DNA of 63,959 bases, counting the filler, from Trichomonas gallinae (lineage: Eukaryota): assembly GCA_008369845.1 (NCBI GenBank). It is 9 parts of 9 records of this genome, joined end to end, with 100 filler letters (N's around TTAATTAATTAA, not from the genome) between each part and the next. Parts side by side here need not be neighbours in the genome. Positions count along the whole stretch, not along the records: positions 25,701 to 45,319 come from MRSU01000301.1; positions 45,420 to 55,792 come from MRSU01000305.1; 7 more parts are not named here. One strand, given 5' to 3'. The translations under genes were made by a program, and so were the position numbers. Below, piece by piece: positions 41,510-52,672 of this stretch. The notes beneath the pieces were generated by a model that saw only the letters and a list, made by a program, of their open reading frames with translations, was not told the origin of the DNA and ran no database searches. Position 1 is the stretch's first letter. Every line of letters starts with the position of its first letter.

Positions 41510-43833
41510 CAATTATAATAAAAAAAAAATTCGGACAGTTTTGTCACTTTTATCATATAACCTTATTTTATTTTATCGGAATGTTTAGTATATTTTTGGA
41601 AATTAAGCAGAGAAAATAGATTTTCTTGATGTTCTCATATTGATATTTTAAAATTAGACCTTAAATTCTTTGTTTTGTAAATCAGTTACGTGGCAAATTT
41701 TTGAGTATTTACACGTCAAATTTCAAATTTACAATATTTACGCGACAAATTTCGTGTTTTAAAGATATGTTTCAATTCGAGATAATATCAAAGTGGCGCT
41801 TTTGTTGCACATTTGATTCAACATCGGAACTTAAAATAATGATATATGTTAATCAATTTGATACTGGTAATTATATATACGCTTATTTGATAATAACATT
41901 TGCATTCCACATATGTGCTTTTTGTGATTGACTCATGATAATTTACTGATCAATTCAATAATATTAACTCATTGATCTATGGTTAGGTATACTTGTAAGA
42001 TTTGAGGAATTAAACAATTAACTCCAAAACGCCCTTATAAACATTTAAGAATACTAGCCAAGTTCGAAGTGGCAATGAGCGATGGAAAAGAAACAGGTTT
42101 TAAATGACAAACTGATGTTTAACTTGACAAATTTCGGTATTTTCTGATTCGACCCTAAAGCGTCGTAACTCTTTATTTCTCCGAAATATCAATATATGCA
42201 TCTATTATATTATAAATACAAAGTTTGGGATGTTTCTTTCATGCATTACAGTTTGCAATTACTTTTTTGTTACAAAGCCTTGATTATATGCATCACTGCA
42301 GATAATAGAAATATTGAATCAGATGCATCTAATTAATAAATGGAAATAGGCTGCTCATGCATAAAAATGTAAGAGAGCGAATGGATTTTTAGCAAAAGAG
42401 TGTGATTTTTCGAAATATCTTGCGGAAATTATGCACATGCATGTATAATTAAATAATATTGTTTGATATAATATGATTACACAATTAAAAAGTAATTATG
42501 ACTCTAACTTGGTCATTACATGTGGCAAAAACCAAAATTTTTGATCAGGAACTAATATATATGCTGTGGATATCCGAGTTACAAGTGTTTCATGTGGAAT
42601 AATTTGTGTAATTTTATTTCCGAAGAAACTTGTATCAGTTTTTCTCGAATCAAAGCAGAAATATACTATATACTATAAGAATCATATGAATGCACAACAG
42701 TTATTTACGAAATGAGCCGATGGTTGGAAATTGTGCCCAACGTATTAGAGAGTGAAGAAATGAAAATTTTGGGATAAATGAATATACATGAAAAAGGATA
42801 TAAAAACAATATTACAGATAACTGGTTCCAAAAGTGAACTCAGCAGATCGTTCGGAAAAAACGAAAAATTGTAATTTCGAAGGACATCATCGAAGAAATA
42901 TAACTTGTAGACATTTCTGATGCTATTGCCAAAATTTGGTCACTTTCTCTGACTTTCAATTGTGAAATTTCTAAGAAAAATCCTGACTAAAGCTTGAAAA
43001 CATGACAAATATGACCTATTGATATTTTCCTTCAATATAATAAGAGAAAACTTCGGCACGTTATAAATAAAAATATTCTGTTTTTATGATATTGGTATTA
43101 CTTAGTATGTTATAAGCATAAATACGTTCGTAAAACTGAAATCGATATGTTAACATTTATGAAAAATTGATAATTATAGAAATCGTATATTTCAATATAT
43201 TATCATACATGATCAAAACATCAAATGTAAGAAAAACGACCATTTAATAATTTTATCTCAAATATTTGAATTAAAATGAAACCAAGAAAAAATTATGATT
43301 AAAAATATCCTATTATATCACCTGCTCCCATACATTAAAAGATGGAGATAAAAAAGTGAAAAGCAGTTATGTCAGGATATCAATGTCCTTATTCAAATTC
43401 TTTTATCCAAATAAACGTCATTGCAATCATTGTGCATAGTATAAAGAATAGAATAATATTACCAAAACATATTTTTTGAATCAGATTTCGAAAATTGTTG
43501 AATTATATACAAAATGATTATTTCTATGATCAAAAATAAAAATTGCAAGGCCAATTTTTCCAGTTTTTACAAAAAAATTCAGCAAATTTACTTCCATCTG
43601 CTCTATTGACATACAATAGCAAAATTAAGTAAGAAATTACCAAAAATATCAATGTACGTGGTCGTGGTTTTCTGAATCTCACAATTGCGTAAAGAATTTG
43701 TGTGTATTGTGTTTTATTCGTTTGCGAAGATATGATTGCTCTAAAGATGTATATTTATATTTCAATATAAAAATTTTTTCAATCGGTTTGAAAAAATTAA
43801 AAAGTTCACAATTTTCATTTATTTTTTTATATC

Positions 43834-44820
43834 ATGGATACAGTCGAGTGCTGCTCCAATCACATAAGGATTCCAGAACGTGTTGGCAAGTACAAAGTGA
43901 TCAAGCAGCTCGGCAGGGGCAACTTTGCTGTCGTTGTCCTTGGATATGATGAGAATCGTGATAAATATGTGGCAATTAAGATCCTTGATCGCTTGGAAAT
44001 CGTCAAAAGCGGAATTCTAACATATGTTGAGAATGAACTCAGAATATCAAGCAGATTGGACCATCCTAATATTGCCCGCGTATATCAGATCATATATGAA
44101 GAGGACATTATAATGATCGTAATGGAATATCTTCCTAATGGTGACCTTCAGAAAGTCCTTATGAATAATGTAATTTTCACTTACACTCAACAAGTGAAGA
44201 TTGTCGCAGGAATATTGAGTGGTTTGCAATATTTGCATCAAAGAAAGATTGCCCATAGAGATATCAAGCCAGAGAATATTCTGTTTGATGAGGATTTCAA
44301 TCCAAAATTCATCGATTTTGGATTATCTCGTGAAACAACATCTGCTCAGACAACTTTCTGCGGCACCACAATATATCTTGCTCCTGAGATCATCCTTTGC
44401 GACCACTACGATCCCTTCAAAGCTGACATTTGGTCAGTTGGCCTAACAATTCACATGCTTACTACTCTTACTTTCCCTTTCAAGTATGTAAACGAGGCAC
44501 ATTACCTTAAGGACATGAAGAATGGAACACTTGTATTCCATAATCTTGCACATGGAGTTCTCGGTGATATTATCGACATGTGTGTTGTTCAAGATCCACA
44601 TTCAAGGGCATCAATTGATCAAATAGCTGGTTACCTTAATGTTTTTGATCATGGAAATACCAAATACAGTCAATCTCAGGTTGACAAGAAACTGCCAGCA
44701 ATAACCACACCTAAGCTCAATCTTAGGAAATCTACCCCACTTGTTGTCTGCAAGAGCACAAAATGCAGACAGTCATTCAAATACTCAAAACCTATGATAG
44801 CAAGCCCTATTAGAGCTTGA
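43834..44820 (+). CDS. Ser/Thr protein kinase (CAMK-like)
   Basis: LGRGNFA, VAIK, HRDIKPEN, DFG, TFCGT..YLAPE and ADIWSVG. Confidence 0.95.
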   Translation: MDTVECCSNHIRIPERVGKYKVIKQLGRGNFAVVVLGYDENRDKYVAIKILDRLEIVKSGILTYVENELRISSRLDHPNIARVYQIIYEEDIIMIVMEYLPNGDLQKVLMNNVIFTYTQQVKIVAGILSGLQYLHQRKIAHRDIKPENILFDEDFNPKFIDFGLSRETTSAQTTFCGTTIYLAPEIILCDHYDPFKADIWSVGLTIHMLTTLTFPFKYVNEAHYLKDMKNGTLVFHNLAHGVLGDIIDMCVVQDPHSRASIDQIAGYLNVFDHGNTKYSQSQVDKKLPAITTPKLNLRKSTPLVVCKSTKCRQSFKYSKPMIASPIRA

Positions 44821-45237
44821 GATACAGATAAGTTTAGTTTAGTAATTTGTTCTTTTTGTTTGATTTAAATTCTATCCTTTCTATCCCAAATTTCGAGTAT
44901 TTCAGATCTTAATTTAATTTTAAGCTAGAGAGGACTTGAAATATATTAACATTATGGTTCTTTGAATTGTGTTTAAATAGAAATTATTTAATGCCGTGTG
45001 TGATATTTTCGATATCTTACCGTTAATTATATATTTCATATCTATTCTAAGATAATACTAAAATGTACATAGATATAATATGGATTAGACAAGAAAAGTA
45101 GCGCAACTCTCAGATTCGAAATTTTTCAGTTTAATTCATATGTTGCTTCCATCCGATTATATTTCGTGTATTGACTCTGGATTCTGCTCATTAGAATGTG
45201 CTCATAATTTTGGAAAATGGACGATGAATATTAATCT

Positions 45238-45319
45238 TTTCAAAGGTATGGAAACTAATAACCTTATTTTAACGGACGAATGTTGATGGTGCAAAAGTCT
45301 TGCACAGCACAGATAGTTG
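45238..45319 (+). mobile_element. Probable DNA-transposon end (TIR CAAAGGTATGGAAACT) running into the contig break
   Basis: 45238-45256 is the exact reverse complement of 45481-45499. Confidence 0.55.
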
Positions 45320-45419
45320 NNNNNNNNNNNNNNNNNNNNNNNNNNNNNNNNNNNNNNNNNNNNTTAATTAATTAANNNNNNNNNNNNNNNNNNNNNNNNN
45401 NNNNNNNNNNNNNNNNNNN
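45320..45419. other. Artificial contig linker
   Basis: N44-TTAATTAATTAA-N44. Confidence 0.98.
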
Positions 45420-45499
45420 TATCTTTAAGGTGTCTATATAATACCTGCAAAGTTTAGGGTAATTTCCTAGAGCCCTTCGAAGTTTCCATACCTTTGAAA
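45420..45499 (-). mobile_element. Probable opposite end of the same DNA-transposon family
   Basis: agtttccatacctttgaaa at 45481-45499. Confidence 0.55.
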
Positions 45500-46058
45500 T
45501 TTCATAAAATTCATAAATACTATACCATATAGTTTAATATTTTCGCAAAATTTCTATGAAGCAATTTGTATCGGTATTTATTCCTGACATCCATATCACA
45601 TATCCATATATATCATATAAAATCCTCAAAATTCTAAATTTATCATTGATCGTTATAAATACACCCAATTTCTGACATTCATCAAAAATTCACCATTAGG
45701 TTCATAATTGAAGACTTCTAACTTAAGTAATAAGAACTGCACAAACATAGGTAGATATTGTAGAATTATTTACACCTAAATAGCCATACATTGATCGTTT
45801 TTCGAATTTTTTTTCGTATCGTTAAATTTTTCACTTTTCGTAACAATTTCGAAAAAACTAGAAAAACTTAAATATTATAGTAAAATGAGTAATCTTAAGA
45901 AAAAAATTTGAAATTTTGTCACTTTTCATAACAATTTCGAAACATTTAAAATTTATATTAAAATGGAAAAAGAAGAAATGATAAAGAAAAAAAATATTTG
46001 AAAGAAGAAAAAAAAATTGAAAAAGGACTGGTCGGCGATAGATTTTTTTTTTTAAAAA

Positions 46059-48200
46059 ATGAGCGAAGCTGCTGCTCATAGTGCACCAAAGGGCAAAGGA
46101 AAGGAACCAGTTCCAGAGTTCATCCAGAGACGCCTCGATATGTTCAACAAGATGGAGGACAAGACTCCAAAGGTCGACCCAGTCGAGACTGAAATCAAGT
46201 TACTCCCAGAGAACTGCCAGAACGTCGACGCTGATGGCAAGATGATCAAGATCACACTCGGTGTCACAACACCACTTGACATCATCAAGGCTGAGTATCC
46301 ACCAAAGACAATCTTCTACGCCGCCGCTATCGACAAGGAGGATATGTGGGATCTCTCTCGCCCAATCACTCACGGCAAGAGCATCTCATTCGTCAATTTC
46401 GAAGACCCACGCGGTAAGGAAGTCTTCTGGCACTCATCCGCCCACGTTCTCGGTGCTGCCATCGAGTTCCACCTCCAGGTTGAGATCGCCATCGGCCCAG
46501 CTGGTGAGAAGGGCTTCTTCTACGACTACGAGCCAAAGGAGGGACAGGAAGTTACTCCAGAAACATTGAAGGAGATCGAGAAGGCTTGCATCTCCATCTG
46601 CAACAAGAAGGTTGACTACGAGCGCAAGATGTGCACACGCGAGGAAGCTCTTGAGATCTTCTCATCCAACCATTACAAGACAGACATCCTCACAAACAGA
46701 GTTGCACCAGGCGAACTCGTTTCCCTCTACCGTACAGGCACATTCATCGATCTTTGCCGTGGCCCACACCTTATTAACGCTGGAGCCATTCAAACTTGGT
46801 GGGTTACAGACGTTTCCGCTTGCATCTGGAACGGCGATGCTAACAAGAAGATGCGCCGTATCCGTGCTATCACATTCCCGAAGAAGGAGCAGATGCAGGA
46901 GCACAAGAAGTTCCTCGAAGAAGCCGCTAAGCGTGATCACAGGAAGCTCGGCACAGAGCTCGGCCTCTTCTTCTTCCACGAGTGGTCCCCAGGCTGCCCA
47001 TTCTTCTACCCAGAGGGCTGCTTAATGTACCGCCGCCTCATGGCAATGATCCGCCAGCAGTACATCAAGCGCCACTTCGTCGAAGTCATGACACCAAACA
47101 TCTTCTACGATGACCTCTTCAAGACATCTGGTCACTGGGCTCACTACCGTGACGACATGTTCCACTTCAAGGTCGACGATGGCGCTCCATCTGAGGAGGA
47201 GCTCGCCGCTCAGGATGCCAAGGATCCAGCTGTCCAGCAGGCCGTCCGTGAGATGGGCATGAAGCCAATGAACTGCCCAGGCCACTGCCTCGTCTTCCGC
47301 TCAAAGGTCCGCTCATACAAGGAAATGCCAATCAGAATGGCTGAATTCGGTGTTCTCCACCGTAACGAAGCCACCGGCGCTCTTACAGGCCTTACACGTG
47401 TCAGAAGATTCGTCCAGGATGATGCCCACATCTTCGCCCGCCACGATCAGATCGGTGAGGAAATCTGCGACGCTCTCGACTTCATGACAGAAGTTTACGG
47501 CTACTTCGGAATGGAACTCGAGTTCACACTCTCCACAATCAACATGGAGAAGTACATGGGTGACCTCAAGGTTTGGGAGAACGCTACAAACATGCTCAGA
47601 CAGGCCCTCATCGACAACAAGAAGAACTTCACAGAGGCTCCAGGAGAAGCAGCCTTCTACGGTCCAAAGATCGATGTCCTCATCAAGGACTGCCTCGGCA
47701 GAAGACACCAGCTCGCTACAATCCAGCTCGACTTCCAGCTCCCAGAGAAGTTCGACCTCACATACGTCGACTCTGAGCTCAAGCCATGCAGACCAGTCAT
47801 GATCCACAGAGCTGTTTTGGGCTCCCTCGAGAGATTCATCGCTATCGCTATCGAGCACTTCGCCGGCAAGTTCCCATTCTGGATGTCACCAAGACAGATC
47901 GCCATCATCCCACAGAACATGACAAAGGAGGGCCAGATGAAGTACATCAAGGAACTCTACAACCTCATGCACATGGAGGGCTTCGCCGTCGAAGTCGCTG
48001 ATGGTCCAGAGTCAATGAACAAGAAGATCGTCAACGCCTTCAAGATGTCCAACAACGTCGTCTTAATCATTGGTGACCGCGAAGTTGAGTCCCGCACAGT
48101 CGCCGCCAGATGGCGTGGTGAGAACAACCCAACAGTTGTCCCACTTGACGACTTCATGAACCAGATCCGCGACATGCAGAAGAACTATACAAGGAACTAA
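46059..48200 (+). CDS. TARS: Threonyl-tRNA synthetase
   Basis: FWHSSAH, DLCRGPH, AAKRDHRKLG, KPMNCPGHC, LHRNEATGALTGLTRVRRFVQDDAHIF, AFYGPKID and TIQLDFQLP. Confidence 0.98.
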   Translation: MSEAAAHSAPKGKGKEPVPEFIQRRLDMFNKMEDKTPKVDPVETEIKLLPENCQNVDADGKMIKITLGVTTPLDIIKAEYPPKTIFYAAAIDKEDMWDLSRPITHGKSISFVNFEDPRGKEVFWHSSAHVLGAAIEFHLQVEIAIGPAGEKGFFYDYEPKEGQEVTPETLKEIEKACISICNKKVDYERKMCTREEALEIFSSNHYKTDILTNRVAPGELVSLYRTGTFIDLCRGPHLINAGAIQTWWVTDVSACIWNGDANKKMRRIRAITFPKKEQMQEHKKFLEEAAKRDHRKLGTELGLFFFHEWSPGCPFFYPEGCLMYRRLMAMIRQQYIKRHFVEVMTPNIFYDDLFKTSGHWAHYRDDMFHFKVDDGAPSEEELAAQDAKDPAVQQAVREMGMKPMNCPGHCLVFRSKVRSYKEMPIRMAEFGVLHRNEATGALTGLTRVRRFVQDDAHIFARHDQIGEEICDALDFMTEVYGYFGMELEFTLSTINMEKYMGDLKVWENATNMLRQALIDNKKNFTEAPGEAAFYGPKIDVLIKDCLGRRHQLATIQLDFQLPEKFDLTYVDSELKPCRPVMIHRAVLGSLERFIAIAIEHFAGKFPFWMSPRQIAIIPQNMTKEGQMKYIKELYNLMHMEGFAVEVADGPESMNKKIVNAFKMSNNVVLIIGDREVESRTVAARWRGENNPTVVPLDDFMNQIRDMQKNYTRN

Positions 48201-48641
48201 GCTGATTTTTTTAATAAACTAAAGATTATCTTCACACTTTTACTCATCACATCCATCAATTTCCAGCAAAATCTTTTTAAAAATTTTTTTTTTCAAAATT
48301 ATGCGAAATTAAACATTGTAATCAATAAAATGATTATTTTATGAAAATTTATAAAGAATTGTAATAAGATTTTGGATAATTTTGCAATGTTGAAAATCGA
48401 TTTTTATTTACTGGTTCGAATGAACGGGTTTGAGGGATGGTTATTTGAGATATCGATGTTTGATATTTAATGTCATTTAGAACGAAGTCTTATTTGAGGT
48501 AAAAAACGACGAAAATTTTTGTCATGTAAATTGTTTATGTGTCAGAAATGCGATCATGAATTTTTTATTTTGAACTCCTGGAATATTAAATATACACAAA
48601 AAAGAAATTTTCGGATCTGATTTACAATTCCTTTTTTAAGA

Positions 48642-49496
48642 ATGCGAGTGATTAATAGTAATTACAGAGAAAAAGACAAAGCTAATCTCATCGAAGGGAT
48701 TCCGAGGTTCTGCTACAGATCCAACTTCAAACCGATTCAGAATACAAAGCTAGATTGCGATTCTGGATGGGGATGCTGCTTTAGATCGTCGCAGGGCTTG
48801 ATATGTCAGTACATCATGAAGCTTAGCCAGAATAATCCAGAAATATACAACAGAACATTTCCAAATACAACAAATCCATTAGAATTATTTCGAGATTTAC
48901 CAGAATCGCCATTTGGCATCCAAAATCTAGTTAGAGTGGCGAATGAAGTCGGTCTGCCAATGGGAGAGTGGATAAAACCTTCTTTAATGGCAGAAACAAT
49001 TTTTAGAATTTTCAAATCGCTAAATTTGAACTGTATCATTGCCAGAAACCTTTCATTTGATTGTGAGGAACTCATAAAAACCGGTTATCCTACTTTAATG
49101 CTTATTCCGGGATTATTGGGTTTGGATAAGCTAGAAGAAGACTATATACCATTCATTTACTTATGCTTATGCATTGAGAATTCGCTTGGCTTCGTTAGTG
49201 GCCTTGGATCTTCGGCATATTATTTTGTTGCATTTGATGTGGATCAGATTTATTATTTTGACCCACACACAACAAAGAAAGCTCTAGTAGGGACAGACTT
49301 TAATTCTTTATTCGAATTGAAGCTCAAATCAATGAATATCAAAAAATTGAATCCATCGATTTTGTTTGGCTTTTATTGCGAAGAAGTAATAAAAGAGGAA
49401 ATTTTCCGTCTGACAGGATGTACTCGGACACCGATTACAGTCATAGATAAAGCTAATTTAGAAGAAATAACCAAAGATGTTATCAATTTAGATTAA
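48642..49496 (+). CDS. ATG4: Atg4 cysteine protease (peptidase C54)
   Basis: CYRSNF, DSGWGCCFRSSQ, SPFGIQNLV, GEW, YYFDPH and LNPSILFGFYC. Confidence 0.95.
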   Translation: MRVINSNYREKDKANLIEGIPRFCYRSNFKPIQNTKLDCDSGWGCCFRSSQGLICQYIMKLSQNNPEIYNRTFPNTTNPLELFRDLPESPFGIQNLVRVANEVGLPMGEWIKPSLMAETIFRIFKSLNLNCIIARNLSFDCEELIKTGYPTLMLIPGLLGLDKLEEDYIPFIYLCLCIENSLGFVSGLGSSAYYFVAFDVDQIYYFDPHTTKKALVGTDFNSLFELKLKSMNIKKLNPSILFGFYCEEVIKEEIFRLTGCTRTPITVIDKANLEEITKDVINLD

Positions 49497-49927
49497 CATT
49501 ACTTTTGGCTCATAAATAATTACTGTTAGTTTCTCCACATGCATTTTCTTTAATCCAAAATCCATAATAATACAAATTTTATCTTGCATTTAGAATATTC
49601 CAAATTTACTAATATTCTAACTGTATATAATCATTATATGAAGATTTAGTAACATTGACAATTAGAAAATAGTAAATTAGTTAAATTTTATTGATTTTAT
49701 TTGATTCATTTAGAACGAACAATATTTCATGAAAATTTATATTACTATCGCATAGAATTATAAGTTTAATCAAGCTAAAATGTTCTAGTTTAATTTTTAA
49801 CATTTTCAATATATTTTTTTGAAACATTGATGATTTAATATAGTTTTGAACTTATTTTCCATCAATATAACTGTTCACAATCATTACATTGTTAGATTTG
49901 CAAGAAACAAAAAAAAAAACTAAAATT

Positions 49928-52264
49928 TTATTCATTTTCATCATCTATATACATTCTATATAGTACGTTTTCAAGTTGCTCAACAATAATATTGAAACTT
50001 TTCATATTGAAGTTGACCTTGTTTTCTCTCAATTCTTCAAGAAGTTTGACAACATCGTTTGAGACAGGAACCAATATATTGCCTTGATGTTGATCATCCA
50101 TTATTGCATCTTGAATTCTGACTTTTATCCAATCAAGTAGTTGACGCATTGCTGCATCTTTATCTGTTACATTTTCATTGAAGAAAGGAGTCAATCTGTA
50201 TCCACAATGATATTTTCTTCTCAGTTCACTTGATGTTCCATCGAAAATCAACTCACCGCTTCTCATAACGAAAAGTCTGCTAGAAACAGCTTCAGCTTCT
50301 TCCAATGCGTGAGAGCTGACCAATGATGTAATGTTATACATGGATATGGCTTTCCAAATGATTTGCCTCGTTGTTACATCAATTCCAGCTGTTGGCTCAT
50401 CCAAAATGACGAATCTTGGTTTCCCGATGAAAGCAATCGCGATGCATAATTTTCTCTTCTGGCCACCAGAAAGAGTTCCAGAGCGCATATCAACGCATTC
50501 ACCAAGATTGAAGCAGTCAAGGCATCTGCTGATCTCTTCCTCGAGATCTGAATCAGGAATTCCGCGAATTTTTGCGAAAAATTCTAAATTGTTGAAAACA
50601 CTTAATCTATCGAAGAAAATATTTTCCTGGAAACAAATTCCAAGGCAACTTTGAAGTTCACTGAATCCAGTGTAGCAGTTCTGTCCGTACAAAAACAGTT
50701 TTCCTGAATCTGCATTGATACTGCCAGTCATGCTGTTCAAAAGTGTTGATTTTCCAGAACCATTCGGTCCGATTAAAACAATTACTTCACCTTCATTGAT
50801 TTTGAACGATACATCATTTAAAGCATGAACCCTCACCTTTCCTTTATATGTTTTGCTGATGTTGGTGACGGAAATAAATGGCAAACTTTCAATTACGTTG
50901 ATCTTCATTGATCTGTCAAATGACAAAGCTTTCTTCCAAGCACGTAATGAGAAAATGTTTGAGAAGCCAATTGGTGGTGCACCACAGCTTCTCGGCATCA
51001 TTGCATTGAAGAAACAGAATAATAGCAAATAGACAAAAATGAAAGCGAAGACAATCAATAAAAGCTTATCATTTGGAATTAATATGTATCCATTTTTGAG
51101 TTCGCTAAAAGTCATTGGATGCTTGTAAGCTAATCCAGAAACAATGTTCATGAAGAAATACGTCATCTGCCACTGAGGAAGCCAAACAATCACTGCGTGG
51201 AATTTCTGGAATATTCCAAAAGCAAACTGGAAGAGAAGTGGAATGAAAGGCAATCCTATAGATAGAACCATGAAAACGAAAACAATATATTTCAATCTGC
51301 TTGATTTCACCATCAATGGGACGAAAATCAAGTAAAAGAAATATGCTGACAGAATCAGGAAAAACATGAAAATGAAGTAAACGAAATAATTGGAATTTGG
51401 AGCTCCAAGCTTGTAAACGAAAGAAGAAGATAGAATAATCATCAACACAATCATGGCAGAGTCTACAATGAAATATGCGAAGTGTAGAGTGAATTCATTT
51501 GCACCAGAAATTTTCAGTAATAATAATTGTTTTTGTTCTCGAATTTCTATCATCTCATAGATCGAAAGAATGCACATGAACAAAATAGAGGCATTGATAA
51601 GTATCGCTGCAATGTAAACTGTGAAATAAGATAAAGAAATATCATCAAAACTTTTCATTTTCGCAATACTGACTGCAAATTGAACTTTTGAAATGTTAGG
51701 AACAACAAAACGCATGCAATCAAATAGCATGGATCTCGGTGAATAATAATGTTCTGATTCATATATTTTTTCTTTAATTTCAACATTTTTGTTATCGATA
51801 TTAAATTCGAAAGATGGAACTTTATTTTTATTAATATAATCCTCGAATTTAGTTTTGTCATCAATAATTTGTGGATCTTTGATGTAAGTCAAGTTCTTTG
51901 CAATATTCAGAAATTCTTGAGTGAATTCGTTGTTAGGAGTAAAAACTAGTTGTTGATCTGTAAAGTCATATAAGAATTTCCTACGAATATATGATTGATT
52001 TTGAACTTCTTGCCAATCAATAGATTGATATGAATATCCCGAGCTTGTTTCTGTTTTATTAACTGGAATATATTTTACTGCAATTATTAGCACCAATGCA
52101 ATTCCATTAAGGAAATAAAATGCAAATTTTTTGATCCTGAATAGAATCAGCATTTTAAGATACATCTTTAAAACGCGCAGCTGTGTTTTCCACGGATTTG
52201 TAACAATCTTCTTGCCTGGAACAAGCGATGACATTAGGTCACTCATTTCCAATTGATTAGACAT
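49928..52264 (-). CDS. ABCA-family half transporter (TMD-NBD)
   Basis: GPNGSGKST, GICFQENIFFD, LSGGQKRKL, LDEPTAG and SSHALEEAE. Confidence 0.95.
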   Translation of the reverse strand: MSNQLEMSDLMSSLVPGKKIVTNPWKTQLRVLKMYLKMLILFRIKKFAFYFLNGIALVLIIAVKYIPVNKTETSSGYSYQSIDWQEVQNQSYIRRKFLYDFTDQQLVFTPNNEFTQEFLNIAKNLTYIKDPQIIDDKTKFEDYINKNKVPSFEFNIDNKNVEIKEKIYESEHYYSPRSMLFDCMRFVVPNISKVQFAVSIAKMKSFDDISLSYFTVYIAAILINASILFMCILSIYEMIEIREQKQLLLLKISGANEFTLHFAYFIVDSAMIVLMIILSSSFVYKLGAPNSNYFVYFIFMFFLILSAYFFYLIFVPLMVKSSRLKYIVFVFMVLSIGLPFIPLLFQFAFGIFQKFHAVIVWLPQWQMTYFFMNIVSGLAYKHPMTFSELKNGYILIPNDKLLLIVFAFIFVYLLLFCFFNAMMPRSCGAPPIGFSNIFSLRAWKKALSFDRSMKINVIESLPFISVTNISKTYKGKVRVHALNDVSFKINEGEVIVLIGPNGSGKSTLLNSMTGSINADSGKLFLYGQNCYTGFSELQSCLGICFQENIFFDRLSVFNNLEFFAKIRGIPDSDLEEEISRCLDCFNLGECVDMRSGTLSGGQKRKLCIAIAFIGKPRFVILDEPTAGIDVTTRQIIWKAISMYNITSLVSSHALEEAEAVSSRLFVMRSGELIFDGTSSELRRKYHCGYRLTPFFNENVTDKDAAMRQLLDWIKVRIQDAIMDDQHQGNILVPVSNDVVKLLEELRENKVNFNMKSFNIIVEQLENVLYRMYIDDENE

Positions 52265-52672
52265 GCAATGGCACTTTTTAACTTATTTTGAATATGTCGT
52301 CGTATTTATTTCAAATTTGATCCAATAAAACGTGACAAACAGCATTTTTAATAATCATTTATTATTGTAAATCATGTCTTGCTAAATCTTTTTAATAATC
52401 TTTTCGTATTTTGAATATGTTTACAAATTAATCTTCAATAGTTTTTGTTGAAATTATATAGATAGTATAAACCACATTTTATATTGAATAGTAAACAAAT
52501 TTCAATGATATTCTCAATTTGATCTGCTGCAAATTATCGGTTTTCATTTTGAAAACATTTCGAATTTTTATTAGATACATGGTATATATTTTAATATCAC
52601 AGTCTACATATTTATAAGTTTGATCCAAGAAAAATTGACATTTTTTCTGTCACATTTTCAAAAGAATTAATA

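Noticed and set aside
41760..43800. Gene or element in the 2-kb spacer between NSF and the kinase
   Set aside because: No sustained ORF or recognisable motif found by eye.
4289..48175. Many short antisense or alternate-frame ORFs over calpain, HEATR5, CTL, AP-1 gamma, NSF and ThrRS
   Set aside because: Expected shadows of biased codon usage; no recognisable motifs.
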